Part shown: positions 12,113-28,466 of the stretch, in pieces
How positions within the stretch are numbered: position 1 is the stretch's first letter
How the letters are laid out: every line of letters begins with the position of its first letter
Source: Octopus vulgaris
Taxonomy: Eukaryota
NCBI GenBank assembly: GCA_951406725.2
Contig: OX597822.1
Coordinates: 113,026,001 to 113,090,000 of the forward strand
DNA: 64,000 bases
Reading direction: 5' to 3'
Program-made: the position numbers and the translations under genes
The notes under the pieces: generated by a model
The model's database searches: none
What the model saw: only the letters and a program-made list of their open reading frames with translations
Told to the model about the DNA's origin: nothing

Positions 12113-12241
12113 ATATTGAATCCTGTCTCCCTCTCTTCTTAAATTTTACTTTCGGGGATGGATAAATAATTCTATATCGAAGAACATTTGAATATGTCTG
12201 TGTGAGTGTGTGCTCTTTCTTTATATTAGTTCGTCAGAAGT

Positions 12242-12805
12242 CGGCGAGCTGGCAGAATTGTTAGCACGCCGGGCGAAATGCTTAGCGGTATTTCATCTGC
12301 CGCTACGTTCTGAGTTCAAATTCCGCCGAGGTCGACTTTGCCTTTCATCCATTCGGGGGTCGATAAATTAAGTACCAGTTACGCACTGGTGTCGATATAA
12401 TCGACTTAATCCGTCTGTCTGTCATTGTTTGTCTCCTCTGTGTTTAGGCCCTTGTGGGTAGTAAAGAAATATATATTAGTTCGTGAGATAGTGTGTTTAT
12501 ATTAGTGTTTTTTTTTTTTGTTGTTTTTTTCTCTAGTTTCAGCTCAGAGCTGCGGCCATGCTGATGCACCGCCGTTTGCACGTTCTTTATATTAGTGTGG
12601 CAGAATTGTTAGCACGCCGAGCAGAATGCACAGCGGCAGTTCGCCCGTCTTCACATTTTGAGTTCAAATTCTGCCGAGGCCGACTTTGCCGTTCATCCTT
12701 TCAAAGTCGATAAAATTAAGTACCAGTCGAGCTCTGGGATCGATATAATCGACTTACGCCTTCCTTCAAAATTGCTAACCATGTGCCAAAATTTAAAATC
12801 AATAT
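12242..12805 (+). mobile_element. Two family B SINEs (12242-12472 with TSD TATATTAGTTCGT; 12597-12805) plus a short minus-strand 3'-tail fragment at ~12535-12575
   Basis: Direct similarity to 5822-6055. Confidence 0.85.
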
Positions 12806-13051
12806 TAGTGCGTATATTTCTGTACTGATGTTAAAGCATGTTTCAATTTACATTTATTTTTAATAATAATATTTGATCTTATAAACGGTACATCTGTTTA
12901 TTATAGGTCTGCAATTACAAGAGCGACAGGGGCGTGTCCGTGTGAATGCATCGGTTTTATCGGTTTTCTCACCGACATGTACGTCTATGAATATATGCAT
13001 ATATACACACATATAATATGTGCATGTGTGTGTGATGTGTGTGAGTGTGAA

Positions 13052-13155
<104 letters not shown>

Positions 13156-13668
13156 TATATGTTCCTGGGTATATACGTACGCGTTTATATGTGTGTGCTT
13201 TTTTGAATGTGAGTGCGTCTGTATGTATGTGCGTATTTAAACACATACATATGTCGAACCTCCGTACAGTCTTCATCTTTCAACTTGTCCGTAAACCAGA
13301 AGTTATGGTCGCAGATACTCGCTGATGGTGCCGTAGAATGGGATGGAAACCAGTACCATGTGGTTGGAAAGCGAACTACCCAACCACACCACCATGCCTG
13401 TGTAACTTCTGCATATTTCCACAAATCACTTCCGCTGTACTATGCAACTATATTTTACTATCGTGTTTCTTGGGGGCCTTCTTTTATAATCTACGGTCGA
13501 TAATTCTCAGCGTGGGACACACCTGCCAGCTCCATGATACTTTGCTCCCTTCAAGCTGTACGAGACGCCCTATTTTTGATTGCCATCCACATCCTATTGG
13601 CTGACGAAATAGGTTTACACTTGCCTCCCGCTGAACAATCATTTCCGCTCTTTTACCACTCACCAACT

Positions 13669-17440
<3,772 letters not shown>

Positions 17441-17904
17441 AAAAAATATGGTGGAAGTCAACACGTGACTAAGGCCGTGCAAACATTCGAAAAGTTCAAG
17501 AAATTCCAGTGAATTTGTTTTGAGTGAATAAAAACCAATTTTCAGACAGAGTTTCTTCAGGGAAATGTTGACAGGATTGAAATTAAAGTGTTGCTTAGGA
17601 CTGAACCTACTTTTCAGCGCAATCAGCTTTAAATCTGTGACACGACACAGGTTGAGACGAGTAGAAACCAACTGAAGTTCAGGTTTGTTTGTACGAAGGA
17701 AATTCTGATTAATTCTAGGGGCGTCGTCACTCCCATTGGTTCACAGGCTGTTCTACCAATAACTAGAACCCTAAAAGGTTCTACTATTCCGGATCAGAGT
17801 AGACTAAGGGGTTGTTCCTCACTTCTCAAAACTCTGGAACTCTCGTACCAGGGCCCCACTACTGGATGCTGTTTAAAAGCATACACAGGACATACATATA
17901 CATA

Positions 17905-17945
17905 CATACAGATAGACAGACAGATAGGCAGACAGACAGACAGAC

Positions 17946-17976
<31 letters not shown>

Positions 17977-17977
17977 G

Positions 17978-18020
<43 letters not shown>

Positions 18021-18069
18021 CAGACAGATAGACAGACAGACAGATAGATAGATAGATAGATAGATAGAC

Positions 18070-18126
<57 letters not shown>

Positions 18127-18149
18127 TATAGACAGACAGATAGACAGAC

Positions 18150-18198
<49 letters not shown>

Positions 18199-18199
18199 T

Positions 18200-18248
<49 letters not shown>
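17905..18248. repeat. (GATA/GACA)n tetranucleotide array
   Basis: Directly visible. Confidence 0.95.
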
Positions 18249-18299
18249 GTAAGGAGAATAACTTGAGTAAATATATGAAAGATAAGGATGCGAGTAGAA

Positions 18300-18950
18300 G
18301 CAGCTGAACAAAACAGAAGTATCGGTGGGAGTTTAGTAAAATTATAGGTAATATTTGGTAAGATTTTATGAAGTCAGATGGTTTTTGTTTTCATGAACTG
18401 AGGTAGTTAAAGAGTTTGGTGGGTAACTTGTTCATTGTTTGAGTTTAAAGAGTGGGACCTCATCGGGACTAGCCGTCTTGTTTTGTTGGTAATATTGAAG
18501 AGTCTGATATATTATGACTGCTGTGATGAAGAAGAGGTATTTGGTGGGGTTAGATTTCTTGTATGTGAAGTGTGGACCCTTTTTCGGGGTGTATCCAGCA
18601 AACTGTGTTCTCTTGGCTGATGAGTGGTGGATTTTGAAGCCCGAAAAAAGCCAAAACGATTGATAGCCATTGGGGAGTTAGTACTCGTAACCTCTAAGAT
18701 GCACAAAGAATTTTTTATGATAGTTTATTTTCAGGTGTTGCAAAGTTGCGTAAAAATTCTCCCTTTATTGGGTTAGATGACTGTCTCAAGATGACTGTCA
18801 AAGGTAGTGTTTTACGCTTGTTTTGTTGCTGGGTAGGTGCGAGAGATGTGAAGAAATACGACGAAGGGATATTTTCGATCAACCGCTTACCTTTTCAGAA
18901 AGAATGGAATGTGAACACATTTTCTGTTCCAGGGATCTGTGACTAGTACG
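18300..18950 (-). pseudogene. Highly decayed LINE RT fragment (Jockey/I-like)
   Basis: FGFFRASKSTT resembles the QFGFR..ST RT motif; a GVPQG-like remnant lies downstream. Confidence 0.4.
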
Positions 18951-18975
18951 CAAATATTAGAAAATCTGAAGAATT

Positions 18976-19163
18976 AGGCATGTTGGATAGCCATATTTCG
19001 TCTGCCGTTACGTTCTAAGTTCAAAATCTGCCGAGGTCGAATTTGCCTTTCATCCTTTCGGGGTCGATAAATTAAGTACCAGTTACTTAATCGACTTAAT
19101 CCGTCTGTCTGTCCTTGTTTGTCTCCTCTGTGTTTAGCCCCTTGTGGGTAGTAAAGAAATAGG
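18976..19163 (+). mobile_element. Family B SINE (another partial copy on the minus strand at ~19770-19970)
   Basis: Similarity to 5822-6055. Confidence 0.85.
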
Positions 19164-20179
19164 ATAGATAAAGTCATTGTCAAAGAATGGTATAAGTTAC
19201 ATAAAGGACTCTGGGGTTGAGGATTTCATCTGTTGCACGAAGCTCTCGACTTTGAGTCACTTATGTAATTTTACAACCGATGAAAAAATACTCGTATGTA
19301 TTGAAATCTATTTCTCCAGTTTATTCCAACAATACACATAGTATTCACGCACGCACATACACACACGTACACACACACACACACACACACACAACCTGGC
19401 AATTACAATGCAAATACTGGAGAGGTAAGAGGTTGATCGAAAATATCCTTTCGTTGTATTTCTTCACATCTCTCGGACCTTCCCAGCAACAAAACAAACG
19501 TAAGGAGGTAAATTAATAAATTCATGAAACGGAGTTGATGTCTGACATGGGAAGGGGTTTTTTAATCTGACATAGGTGTCTGATTGACTGCAAACCTTTA
19601 TAGCTGTTGGTGTTTAAGGTGTGGTCACACGTAATTGAGCAGAATTATGATGAATGCCCTCAAGATGCGTCAAAACATCTTTTCTGTGAGGGGCTACATT
19701 CTCTAATATATCCATCCTTTAGAAAGGTATGAACACACACACCACACATATATAATATTTTTCCTCATTATTGATTTCAAAATTTGGCACAAGGGAATAA
19801 GTCGATTACATCGACCCACCCAGTGCTTATCTGGTACTTAGTTTATCAACCCTTAGAAGTTAAAAGTCAAAATCGACCTCGGTGGAATTTGAACTCAGAA
19901 CGTAAAGACAGACGAAATGCCACCAAGCATTTTTCCCGGCGTGATAACGATTCTGCAAGCTCGTCGCCTTGATATTTCCCATCATTATTGATAGCATAAT
20001 CACATCTATTTTGCAAGTTGTCGATTTCCTCAGACATAAGATTTTTCACGTTTCGAAACAGGAACTCTTAATATCATTTTTAGCCTTTTCACAATTGATA
20101 AACTATTTTCCCTCTAAGGAATATTGCAATAATCCTGAAAAGATGATGGTCAGATAAAGCAAGATCAGGAGAGTAAGAA

Positions 20180-20850
20180 ATTTAGTGCCAGAATCTTTCC
20201 CTGCGTGATTTGGTCAATATGTGGTCATACATTATCGTGTAAGAGCAACACCCCTTTACGTATGCCTAATGATGGGTACTTTTTCTGCAAGTTTTTGTAC
20301 AATGCTTCGAATTGACAATTGTCTGCATGGTTTAACACTACATGATAGAAGACACTCTTCATACCGCACCAAACAGAGTGTATAACATTTTTCACATGTA
20401 GTATACTTCGTTTGTGGATGGATTTTCCTCTTTCATTGATTGCCAACCACTGTCATTTTTGTTGGCGAACCCACATTTGATCATTTGTCATGATCCTAAC
20501 CAGAAAATGTTCCTGTAGTAAATCTTCTCTTCAAAGACGAGCAGAGGGCAATTCTTTGATTAAACTGCGCAGGACCCAGTAACGAAGTTTAGATACTGTC
20601 CTTCATGAAGCTATTTATGATCGAAGTTTTACACATTCTCGTGCAGTCTGCTTTAACTTTCCCCAGCTACTGTTTTGAGAAGCTCAATATTGATAAAATG
20701 TGGTCTTTCAAATCGGAGGGATTCAGCAGGAGATAAATTTCCCAAACGAAACTGACCAAACCATGGTTCGTATATCCGGATACTTAAAGCTTCATTTCCA
20801 TCCACAGAACGAATATTTCTTGCCGTTTTTTAATTCATGGGCATGAATTA
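20180..20850 (-). pseudogene. Decayed mariner (DD34D-type) transposase
   Basis: Remnants YWVLRSL (WVPHEL-like), FLVRIMTNDQMWV (first D region), KGVLLLHDNV (second D). Confidence 0.75.
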
Positions 20851-21120
20851 TATGGGTCTGGAATTTAACAACTATGGTATAAATTAGTCTGAAATGAAAG
20901 GATAAAAATTGGAATGTAAAACTTTGTTCAAAAAGTGCTCTGAAACTGATCATGTCCGAAATGCTACAAGACTTTCTTTTCAACCTAATAGAAAATTGGG
21001 TTATGGCTTTAACTGTAGATATGTATATTACCTCACCAGGGATATAGTCACAATTTATAAGAGATTAAGCAGAACAACCAACACTCTTCAGTCGTTGGTT
21101 GCCAGTATGTGCAGTAATGC

Positions 21121-21354
21121 CTATTTCTTTACTGCCCACAAGGGGGTAAACACAGAGAGGACAAACAAGAACAGACAAACGGATTAAGTCGATTATATCG
21201 ACCCCAGTGCGTAACTGGTACTTATTTAATCGACCCCGAAAGGATGAAAGGCAAAGTCGACCTCGGCGGAATTTGAACTGAGACCGTAGCGGCAGACAAA
21301 ATACTGCTAAGCATTTCGCCTGGCGTGCTAACGTTTCTGCCAGCTCGCCGCCTT
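21121..21354 (-). mobile_element. Family B SINE with TSD GTGC(A/C)GTAATGCC
   Basis: Full-length match. Confidence 0.9.
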
Positions 21355-22789
21355 AAGTGCCGTAATGCCAATGGCTGTCAGATGAAGTCATGCCATCTTT
21401 TGTTAACACTTTTCAATCAACGAACTCTGTGCTATTATTTCACGTAAGTCACGTTGAAATGATATATCTTCCTATCAACTCTTTAAGCAGGTTCCGGCCA
21501 AAGCAACTTATATCGATAAATAGAGCAATACGTACCATCTTACATCAGTAGCCTCTGACTGTCTCAAGTCTCTGAATATTCGCATATTTTAAAGGTCAAT
21601 AAGAAGCAAGTGCTAGTATTTTTATTTCTGTCCAGTGGTAATCCCAGAGATTTTTCTGGCTGAGAAATTATTCAGTTTATGCCATCATCCCTTTTCCATT
21701 TATTAGTAGTTCTCTTGTTCTCTTGACTTCCTCCTCAATACTTCGCTCATATAATAACTTATTTAATAACTGATGACTGGTCTGCCACCAGCTATTTTCC
21801 ATAGGTTATTTTTTTTTTACGCGAACTCTATGGTGTCTTTTCACGTGACCCGCGTTCCAATACCCCATTTTCACATTAACTCCTTAACTCCATTTGGCCC
21901 CAGTTATTGCAATTGTTTCTCTTTATTATACGTTCTGTCAAAATCTATTGATTTTGAATAAATAGTGAGCCCATTACAACGTGTGAAAAAGGAAATATTA
22001 ATTTTGTGACGGTAACTAGAGCTTGTGAATGGCTCCGTTCTTGTGTCATTTCACTTATCTCCTTGTAAAACAACTTCAGGAGCTCTCGAAAGATAAAGCT
22101 TTCGTAAATCTCGTGCTTGTCAAGAAATCACGAGAAGCTCATGACTTCTCATTTACTTCTTTTCTGTGGCAACATAAATCACTTGATAATGTCTTTTAGT
22201 CTCTAATAACTCCAATGTAATTCACCAAACATTTAACCTTCCACTCAAAATTTATAATCTTCAGTTTCAAACTACACTTCATGATTTCGCTTCGCTCTGG
22301 GCTGTCGTCTGCTCAGACTAACTTCATACTAATGCCGGTAATCATCGCAAATATATATCTTAATTATTCCCTCTCTCCTTTTCGTGTGCTTTTAAACCGA
22401 ATATTAACAAAACAATCAACAGTACTTCGACACGCGACCCTGTTTTCCGTTCAATTTCACCAAGTAATCTTTTCGAATTTCATTCACCCTCATTCGGGGG
22501 GTTTTAATCGAAAATACATCCATTGTAATCCGCGGAGAAAGTGTGAAGATTCACCGTCTCTCATTCATTATTCCTTTCTTCAGATATACTTTGCATGTGA
22601 CCCGCTCATTCAGTAAATCACAAGGCGTCCATCGCTTCTTTTGTTATGTTGCTGTAGACTTTATGCATCTCGCCGCCATTCACCATTGCTTTACTCATAA
22701 ACTTACTCCCTCATTTTCTCCCTCGCCTCCTCTTCCTCACGTTCTATTGCCCTGGCCCACATCTCTGCTTTGTTAGGTCACTCACTGTT

Positions 22790-23160
22790 CTCCCTCTCAA
22801 TGAATCTAATCTTTTCAAATTTACACTCGTTTTCCTCTCTTTCTTTCTCCCTCTCTCTCTTTCTCTCTCACTCACTCTCACCTTCTCTCTCTCTCACACA
22901 CACACACACACTCACTCTCACCCTCTCTCTCTTCCCCTTCTCTTCTCTCCTTATCTCCTTATCTCCCTCTCTCTCTCTCTCTTTCACACACACACACTCA
23001 CTCTCACCTTCTCTCTCTCTCCTCCCCTTCTCCTCCCCTTCTCTCCTTCTTTCCTTCTCTCTCTCTCTTTCTGTCCCTCTCTCTTCTCGTAATCTGTTTC
23101 GTTGTCTATTATCTTTCGATATTTTATTCGATTTTCTCTTTCACTTCTTTTTTCTGCGTT
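22790..23160. repeat. CT-rich low-complexity tract
   Basis: Directly visible. Confidence 0.85.
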
Positions 23161-23722
23161 TGTAATATCTCCCTCCACTATCTTCCTGCCATGCCCCACT
23201 CATTGGCATAACTACACACATTCTCTACACACATTCTCTACACTCATCTACATTAATTTCTGCTTCTTTTCCATTTACTAGAAGCTCTAACAAAAACTTA
23301 ACAGTTAAATCTGAAATTCTATCGATGTTCGAACTGTGGTGATTAGTAACCACATCAACTGGTACAAGTACAACTGGATTTTTATTATCGATCACCTATC
23401 ACAGTTTTTCTCGACATTTTTCGCAATACGCACAACTTCAATCGATTTCAAAAAAGTAAATCTATTCAAAAATTAAATGTGCCCCACCATGAACAAATAA
23501 AATGTTATTATCGATTTAATTGAATGTATGTGTATTGTTAAAACTGGCCATAAGTTTTGGAGCTTCTTTGAAGCATGTATACGTGTGTGTCTGACTGTAT
23601 CTGTGTATTTGTTTGTGTGGGGGCGTGTTTGTGTGTGTGTGTGTGTGTATGTAGTTATGTATTTATATACATATACATAAAACACACACACATGGATAAA
23701 CATACACACACACACACATATA

Positions 23723-23802
<80 letters not shown>

Positions 23803-23888
23803 TGTGTGTTTCTTAAGTTATAAACACCTTCAGCTGCAATTGTTTTGTTCAGCACACGATCTCAGATCAAATTCTAGTACATCTCCGT

Positions 23889-23940
<52 letters not shown>

Positions 23941-23947
<7 letters not shown>

Positions 23948-24723
23948 TGTGTGTGAGTGTCTGTCTCCTACGATTTAGATTCCTAACTACTCCCACATTT
24001 TGCGGTGCAGTTTAACCAAATTCGGGTATCTTATAGTCGTGATTCATATCAAGCCCGTCTGGGTATTAGCGCGCGTTTACGATGAGTCTACGATTTTAAA
24101 AATAATTTACCATAATTTTTATCCATTTTAAGGCATATTTTATCCGTGTGTCGATGGCAGCGGAGTTGGCGTCCATGCTCACACCTGCACCTGTGTTGCT
24201 TCTCCCCCTTCTTCCCTCCCTCGTGAAGCTGTGGGGAAGGGAGTGTAAGGAAATCAACGTCGTAATGCGTTGTCAAGGAGACCAGCGTTCTTTTAGAACA
24301 ACGACTTCATGGCTTGAAGACACCAAAACAATATATAAAAGTGAAGTTGTGTGTCTGTCTCCTACGATTTAGATTCCTAACTACTCCCATATTTTGCGGT
24401 GCAGTTTAACCAAAACCGGGTATCTTATAGTCGTGATTCATATCAAGCCCTTCTGGGTATTAGCGCGCGTCTACGATGAGTCTACGATTTTTAAAAGAAT
24501 TACCATCATTCTTTCCATTTTAATGCTTTTTTTTCGCTATTATATAAGGGAAGTAACTCTCTAAAAATGTCTACGATGAGTCAACGATTAAAAAAAAAAA
24601 TTACCATCATTTTTTATTCCATTTTTAATGCATTTTTTTTGCTATTTTTTTGCTATAACTCTCTAAAAATGCTTATATTGTTATTACCCTTACAAATCCG
24701 AGCAACGCCGGGCGATACTGCTA

Positions 24724-24724
<1 letters not shown>
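23941..24724 (+). mobile_element. Non-autonomous Helitron with duplicated 5' segment
   Basis: 3' subterminal hairpin CCGAGC-AAC-GCCGGG followed by CTAG|T at 24721-24724; ~185-bp 5' segment repeated (23941-24130 and 24334-24520). Confidence 0.8.
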
Positions 24725-24762
<38 letters not shown>

Positions 24763-24789
24763 TAGATAAATATATATTCTGTTACGCTG

Positions 24790-25580
24790 ATACTTGTTTC
24801 AGTCATCTGACTGCGGCCATGTAGAGCACCGACTTAAAGGGCTTTTTAGCCGAAGAAATCGATCCCATGATTTACTCTTTGTAAGTCTAGTACTTATTCT
24901 ATCAGTCTATATTTGCTGAACAGCTAAGTTACAAGGACGTAAAAACACTAACATTGGTTGTCATGCTATGGTTGGGAAACCAACGCAGACACAAAGATAC
25001 AAACACACAAACACATGATATATATATATATATATATGTATGTGTGCGTGTGTGTGTGTGTGTGTGTGCGTGCGTGTATGTATATTTGCATGTATGTATG
25101 TATGTATGTATGTATGTATGTATGTGTGTGTGCATGTGTATATATATAGGCGCAGGAGTGGCTGTGTGGTAAGCAGTTTGCTTACCAACCACATGGTTCT
25201 GAGTTCATTCCCGCTACGTGGCCCCTTGGCCAAGTATCTTATACTATAGCCTCGGGCCGACCAAAGCCTTGTGAGTAGATTTGGTAGACAGAAACTGAAA
25301 GAAGCCTGTCGTATATATATATATGTGTGTGTGTGTGTGTTTGTGTTTGTGTGTGTGTATGTGTGTGTGTGTGTGTATGTGTGTGTGTGTGTGTGTATGA
25401 GCTTGTCACCACAACATCGCTTGATAACCGATGGTGCCGATAGCGGTTCGGCAAAAGAGACCGATAGAATAAGTACTAGGCTTACAAAGAATAAGTTCTT
25501 GGATCGATTTGCTCGACTAAAGGCGGTGCTCCAGCATGGTCGCTGTCAAATGACTGAAACAAGTAAAAGATAGTAAAAGC
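24790..25580. mobile_element. Back-to-back family A SINEs (3' half on minus strand ~24790-25015; full copy on plus strand 25148-25580)
   Basis: Similarity to other family A copies. Confidence 0.85.
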
Positions 25581-25617
<37 letters not shown>

Positions 25618-25622
<5 letters not shown>

Positions 25623-26327
25623 CAAAATAAGAAAATGGAGAAATACACCTTAATCAATAATCAACTACCAGATAATACCCAATCACATAATTTGTTAACC
25701 CACTACATATGAACATCAAGGTCAAACATAATAGTACAGAACAAAACAATGCACATCAATGAGTAATATGATACAATAAGTACAATATGTATAAGTGAAT
25801 TAGATTGTACTTTATAATCTCTGAAGAGGCCTTGGGATATTTTTGTAAGTGTCTCATTTATAACCACATATTAACTTATCACACCTGGCTAATATGAGCA
25901 TAATGAGATACCCATATCTACATGACTGAAACAGCTGTAAGATGTAGTTTATATTTATATTTATATTTATTTATTTATAGTCACTTATACATATTGTACT
26001 TATTGTATCATATTACTCATTGATGTGCATTGTTTTGTTCTGTACTATTATGTTTGACCTTGATGTTCATATGTAGTTGGTTAATAAATTATGTGATTGG
26101 GTATTATCTGGTAGTTGATTATTGATTAAGGTGTATTTCTCCATTTTCTTATTTTGTATTATTAATTTGTGGTAAAACATTTTACCTTTGCCCATATAAT
26201 ACAATAAATGAATTAATTGCATCGCAATTCTTAACATTTATGTATTAACTTTGTTGGATGCTTTAGTAGCAGTATATTGGATATATGTTATCCCATGGTG
26301 GGTTGCACTCACAACCCCTATCTCAAT
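25618..26327 (+). mobile_element. (TA)n-flanked Penelope-like terminus with a 181-bp inverted repeat (25618-25798 / 25981-26161)
   Basis: Arms are reverse complements with about 2 mismatches; the loop holds a hammerhead; unique 3' extension to ~26327. Confidence 0.8.
25817..25943 (+). ncRNA. Type I hammerhead ribozyme motif with ~100-nt helix II domain
   Basis: ATCT-CTGAAGA(25821)-GGCCTTGGGATAT..ATATCTACATGACT-GAAA(25928)-CAGCTG-TA-AGAT; helix I ATCT/AGAT, palindromic helix III ACAGCTGT; base of helix II partly mismatched. Confidence 0.72.
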
Positions 26328-26344
26328 TTATATATATATATATA

Positions 26345-26988
26345 CAGGATGAAAAAACAGTCGTCTAAATTACTCAAATATGAAAATAACACTGACATCT
26401 CAATCTTTGGTATCTCGCTCAACTGCACCCCACACATAATAACCTGGTGTAGGGTGCAGTCTGTGGAGATAGGTGGCCAGATGTTAGGGGTGCTGTGGTC
26501 GCAGAAATTGTCTGACAGCCATGACTGGGTTCACCTGTTTGTGTGGCATGATGCAGAGCCTTGTTGCTAGACATAAAGTATTCCAGCAGCCACCCTTTTG
26601 ATCCAAAGTAGCATTACTTCTTCCAAGCACTTGATGTAGGCCTCCGTGTTGAGTATGAGGCCGTGTGGGAAGATGAATGGAGGCATAACGTCGCCATCAC
26701 TTGTGATCAATCCAAACACCGTGATGTTGACTGGATGTTTGATTTTCATCTCTCTCAGTAAGTGTTCGTATTGGAGCTTCCGCCGCTTCGTAATGGGGCT
26801 TCCGGTGCGAATGCTAAGCAGTACAGCATGTCGTTTCCAAATTTCTGGCAGGGTGAATTTCGTCAGTTATTTTGCTGTTTATCTCAACTCACCCTACCAT
26901 ACTGTGTAGTCGACAAAATCAAAAACAAACAATGTGCATGCGCGAAATTATAAATATAAAATGGCGACAATTTAACCATTGAACCTTG
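26345..26988 (-). pseudogene. Decayed maT/DD37D-like Tc1/mariner transposon
   Basis: KHPVNITVFGLITSDGDVMPPFIFPHGL..EAYIKCLEEV..QQ(G)SA..NIWPP remnants; the same family's 3' end occurs at 35311-35590. Confidence 0.8.
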
Positions 26989-26996
26989 TATGTATA

Positions 26997-27160
26997 TACG
27001 ACAGGCTTCTTTCAGTTTCCGTCTATCAAGGAAACTCACAAGGCTTTGGTCACCCGAGGCTATCGTAGAGGACACTTGCACAAGGTGCCACACAGTGGGA
27101 CTGAACCCGGAAACAAGAGGTTGGGAAGCAAGCTTCTTACCATACAACTACGCCTGCGCG
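26997..27160 (-). mobile_element. Family A SINE 5' half
   Basis: Similarity to the family A head. Confidence 0.8.
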
Positions 27161-27237
27161 TATATGTGTGTGTGTATGTGTGTGCGTATGTATGTATGCA
27201 TGAATGTATGTATGTATACATACATATATATACATAT

Positions 27238-27295
<58 letters not shown>

Positions 27296-27296
27296 A

Positions 27297-27497
27297 TTCA
27301 GTATTAAATAAAATGACAACAAACGGAAAATATGACATACCTGCATATATAATTTTAAAAATGTGCAGTAAATAAACAAAAGAACATACACTAAATACAC
27401 AGGCGAACAGAAAACACAGAAGGTCACCGATTCTTTTTGAATTTTATATATAGGTATGTCATAATTTTCGTTTGTCGTCTTTTTATTTAATACTGAA
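27297..27497. repeat. Imperfect ~65-bp inverted repeat between microsatellites
   Basis: TTCAGTATTAAATAAAATGACAACAAACG..ATGACATACCT pairs with AGGTATGTCAT..CGTTTGTCGTC..TTTTATTTAATACTGAA. Confidence 0.75.
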
Positions 27498-27572
27498 AAT
27501 ATTTATTTAACGCGCGCACTCATCAATTTCTTGCCCTATATATATGTATGTGTGTGTGTATATATATATATT

Positions 27573-27638
<66 letters not shown>

Positions 27639-27645
27639 GACACAG

Positions 27646-27718
<73 letters not shown>

Positions 27719-27756
27719 TTATGTAGACAGGTTACCATTCTAGACGTGTCCACCAC

Positions 27757-28024
27757 AATTTGGGGTATATTATTTAATCATACTTACACGTGTTTCATTT
27801 GCAAATGGGAGTTACAAAATTCTGCATGTAGTAGAAAACATGTAAGGTATCCCCTATTATAAATTCTTCAGACAGGGAATCAGATAACTATTTGATATTA
27901 TTTGATTCTCTGCTTCAAGAATTTCAAATAGGAGATATCTTACACGTTTTCTACATATACAATTCTGTAATTCTTATTAACAATGAAACAAGTGTTATAT
28001 TCAATAGATAATACCCCAAAAATT
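27757..28024. mobile_element. Old palindromic element (~130-bp arms, 10-nt loop) with a hammerhead motif on the minus strand (27783-27875) and a decayed mirror copy
   Basis: Minus strand CTGAAGA-ATTT..AAAT-GAAA-CACGTG-TA; right arm reads TTCAAGA-ATTT..CAAT-GAAA-CAAGTG-TT; helix I eroded. Confidence 0.65.
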
Positions 28025-28046
28025 CCATTCTCTTGTTTTGACATAC

Positions 28047-28077
<31 letters not shown>

Positions 28078-28083
28078 CATACA

Positions 28084-28114
<31 letters not shown>

Positions 28115-28223
28115 GTGTGTGTATGTGTGAGTGAGAGAGAGAGAGTATGTGTATATGTATGCATATATGTGTTTATGTATGTATATGTGTGTGTATATAT
28201 ATACCCACACATACATATACTTA

Positions 28224-28280
<57 letters not shown>

Positions 28281-28357
28281 CGGTGGAAAAAAGAGTACTC
28301 AAATACCAGTGGCAGAGTAATATGCTTTATTTAAAGCAGCAGAAAATTCAACAAAAC

Positions 28358-28395
28358 CTGTTACTCTGAGTTTCACGTTCCCGTTCGTCGGACAG
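28358..28395 (-). ncRNA. Minimal hammerhead motif (U4C core variant) in a ~125-bp (TA)n-flanked element (28278-28402)
   Basis: CTGT-CCGACGA-ACG-GGAA-CGT-GAAA-CTCAGAG-TA-ACAG: helix I CTGT/ACAG, helix II ACG/CGT, helix III ACTC/GAGT. Confidence 0.65.
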
Positions 28396-28402
28396 TTTTT
28401 GC

Positions 28403-28466
<64 letters not shown>

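Noticed and set aside
23797-23895. Small (TA)n-flanked insert with AAAACAATTGCAGC on the minus strand
   Set aside because: Resembles GAAACAATTGTA but both core halves are broken; cannot be supported.
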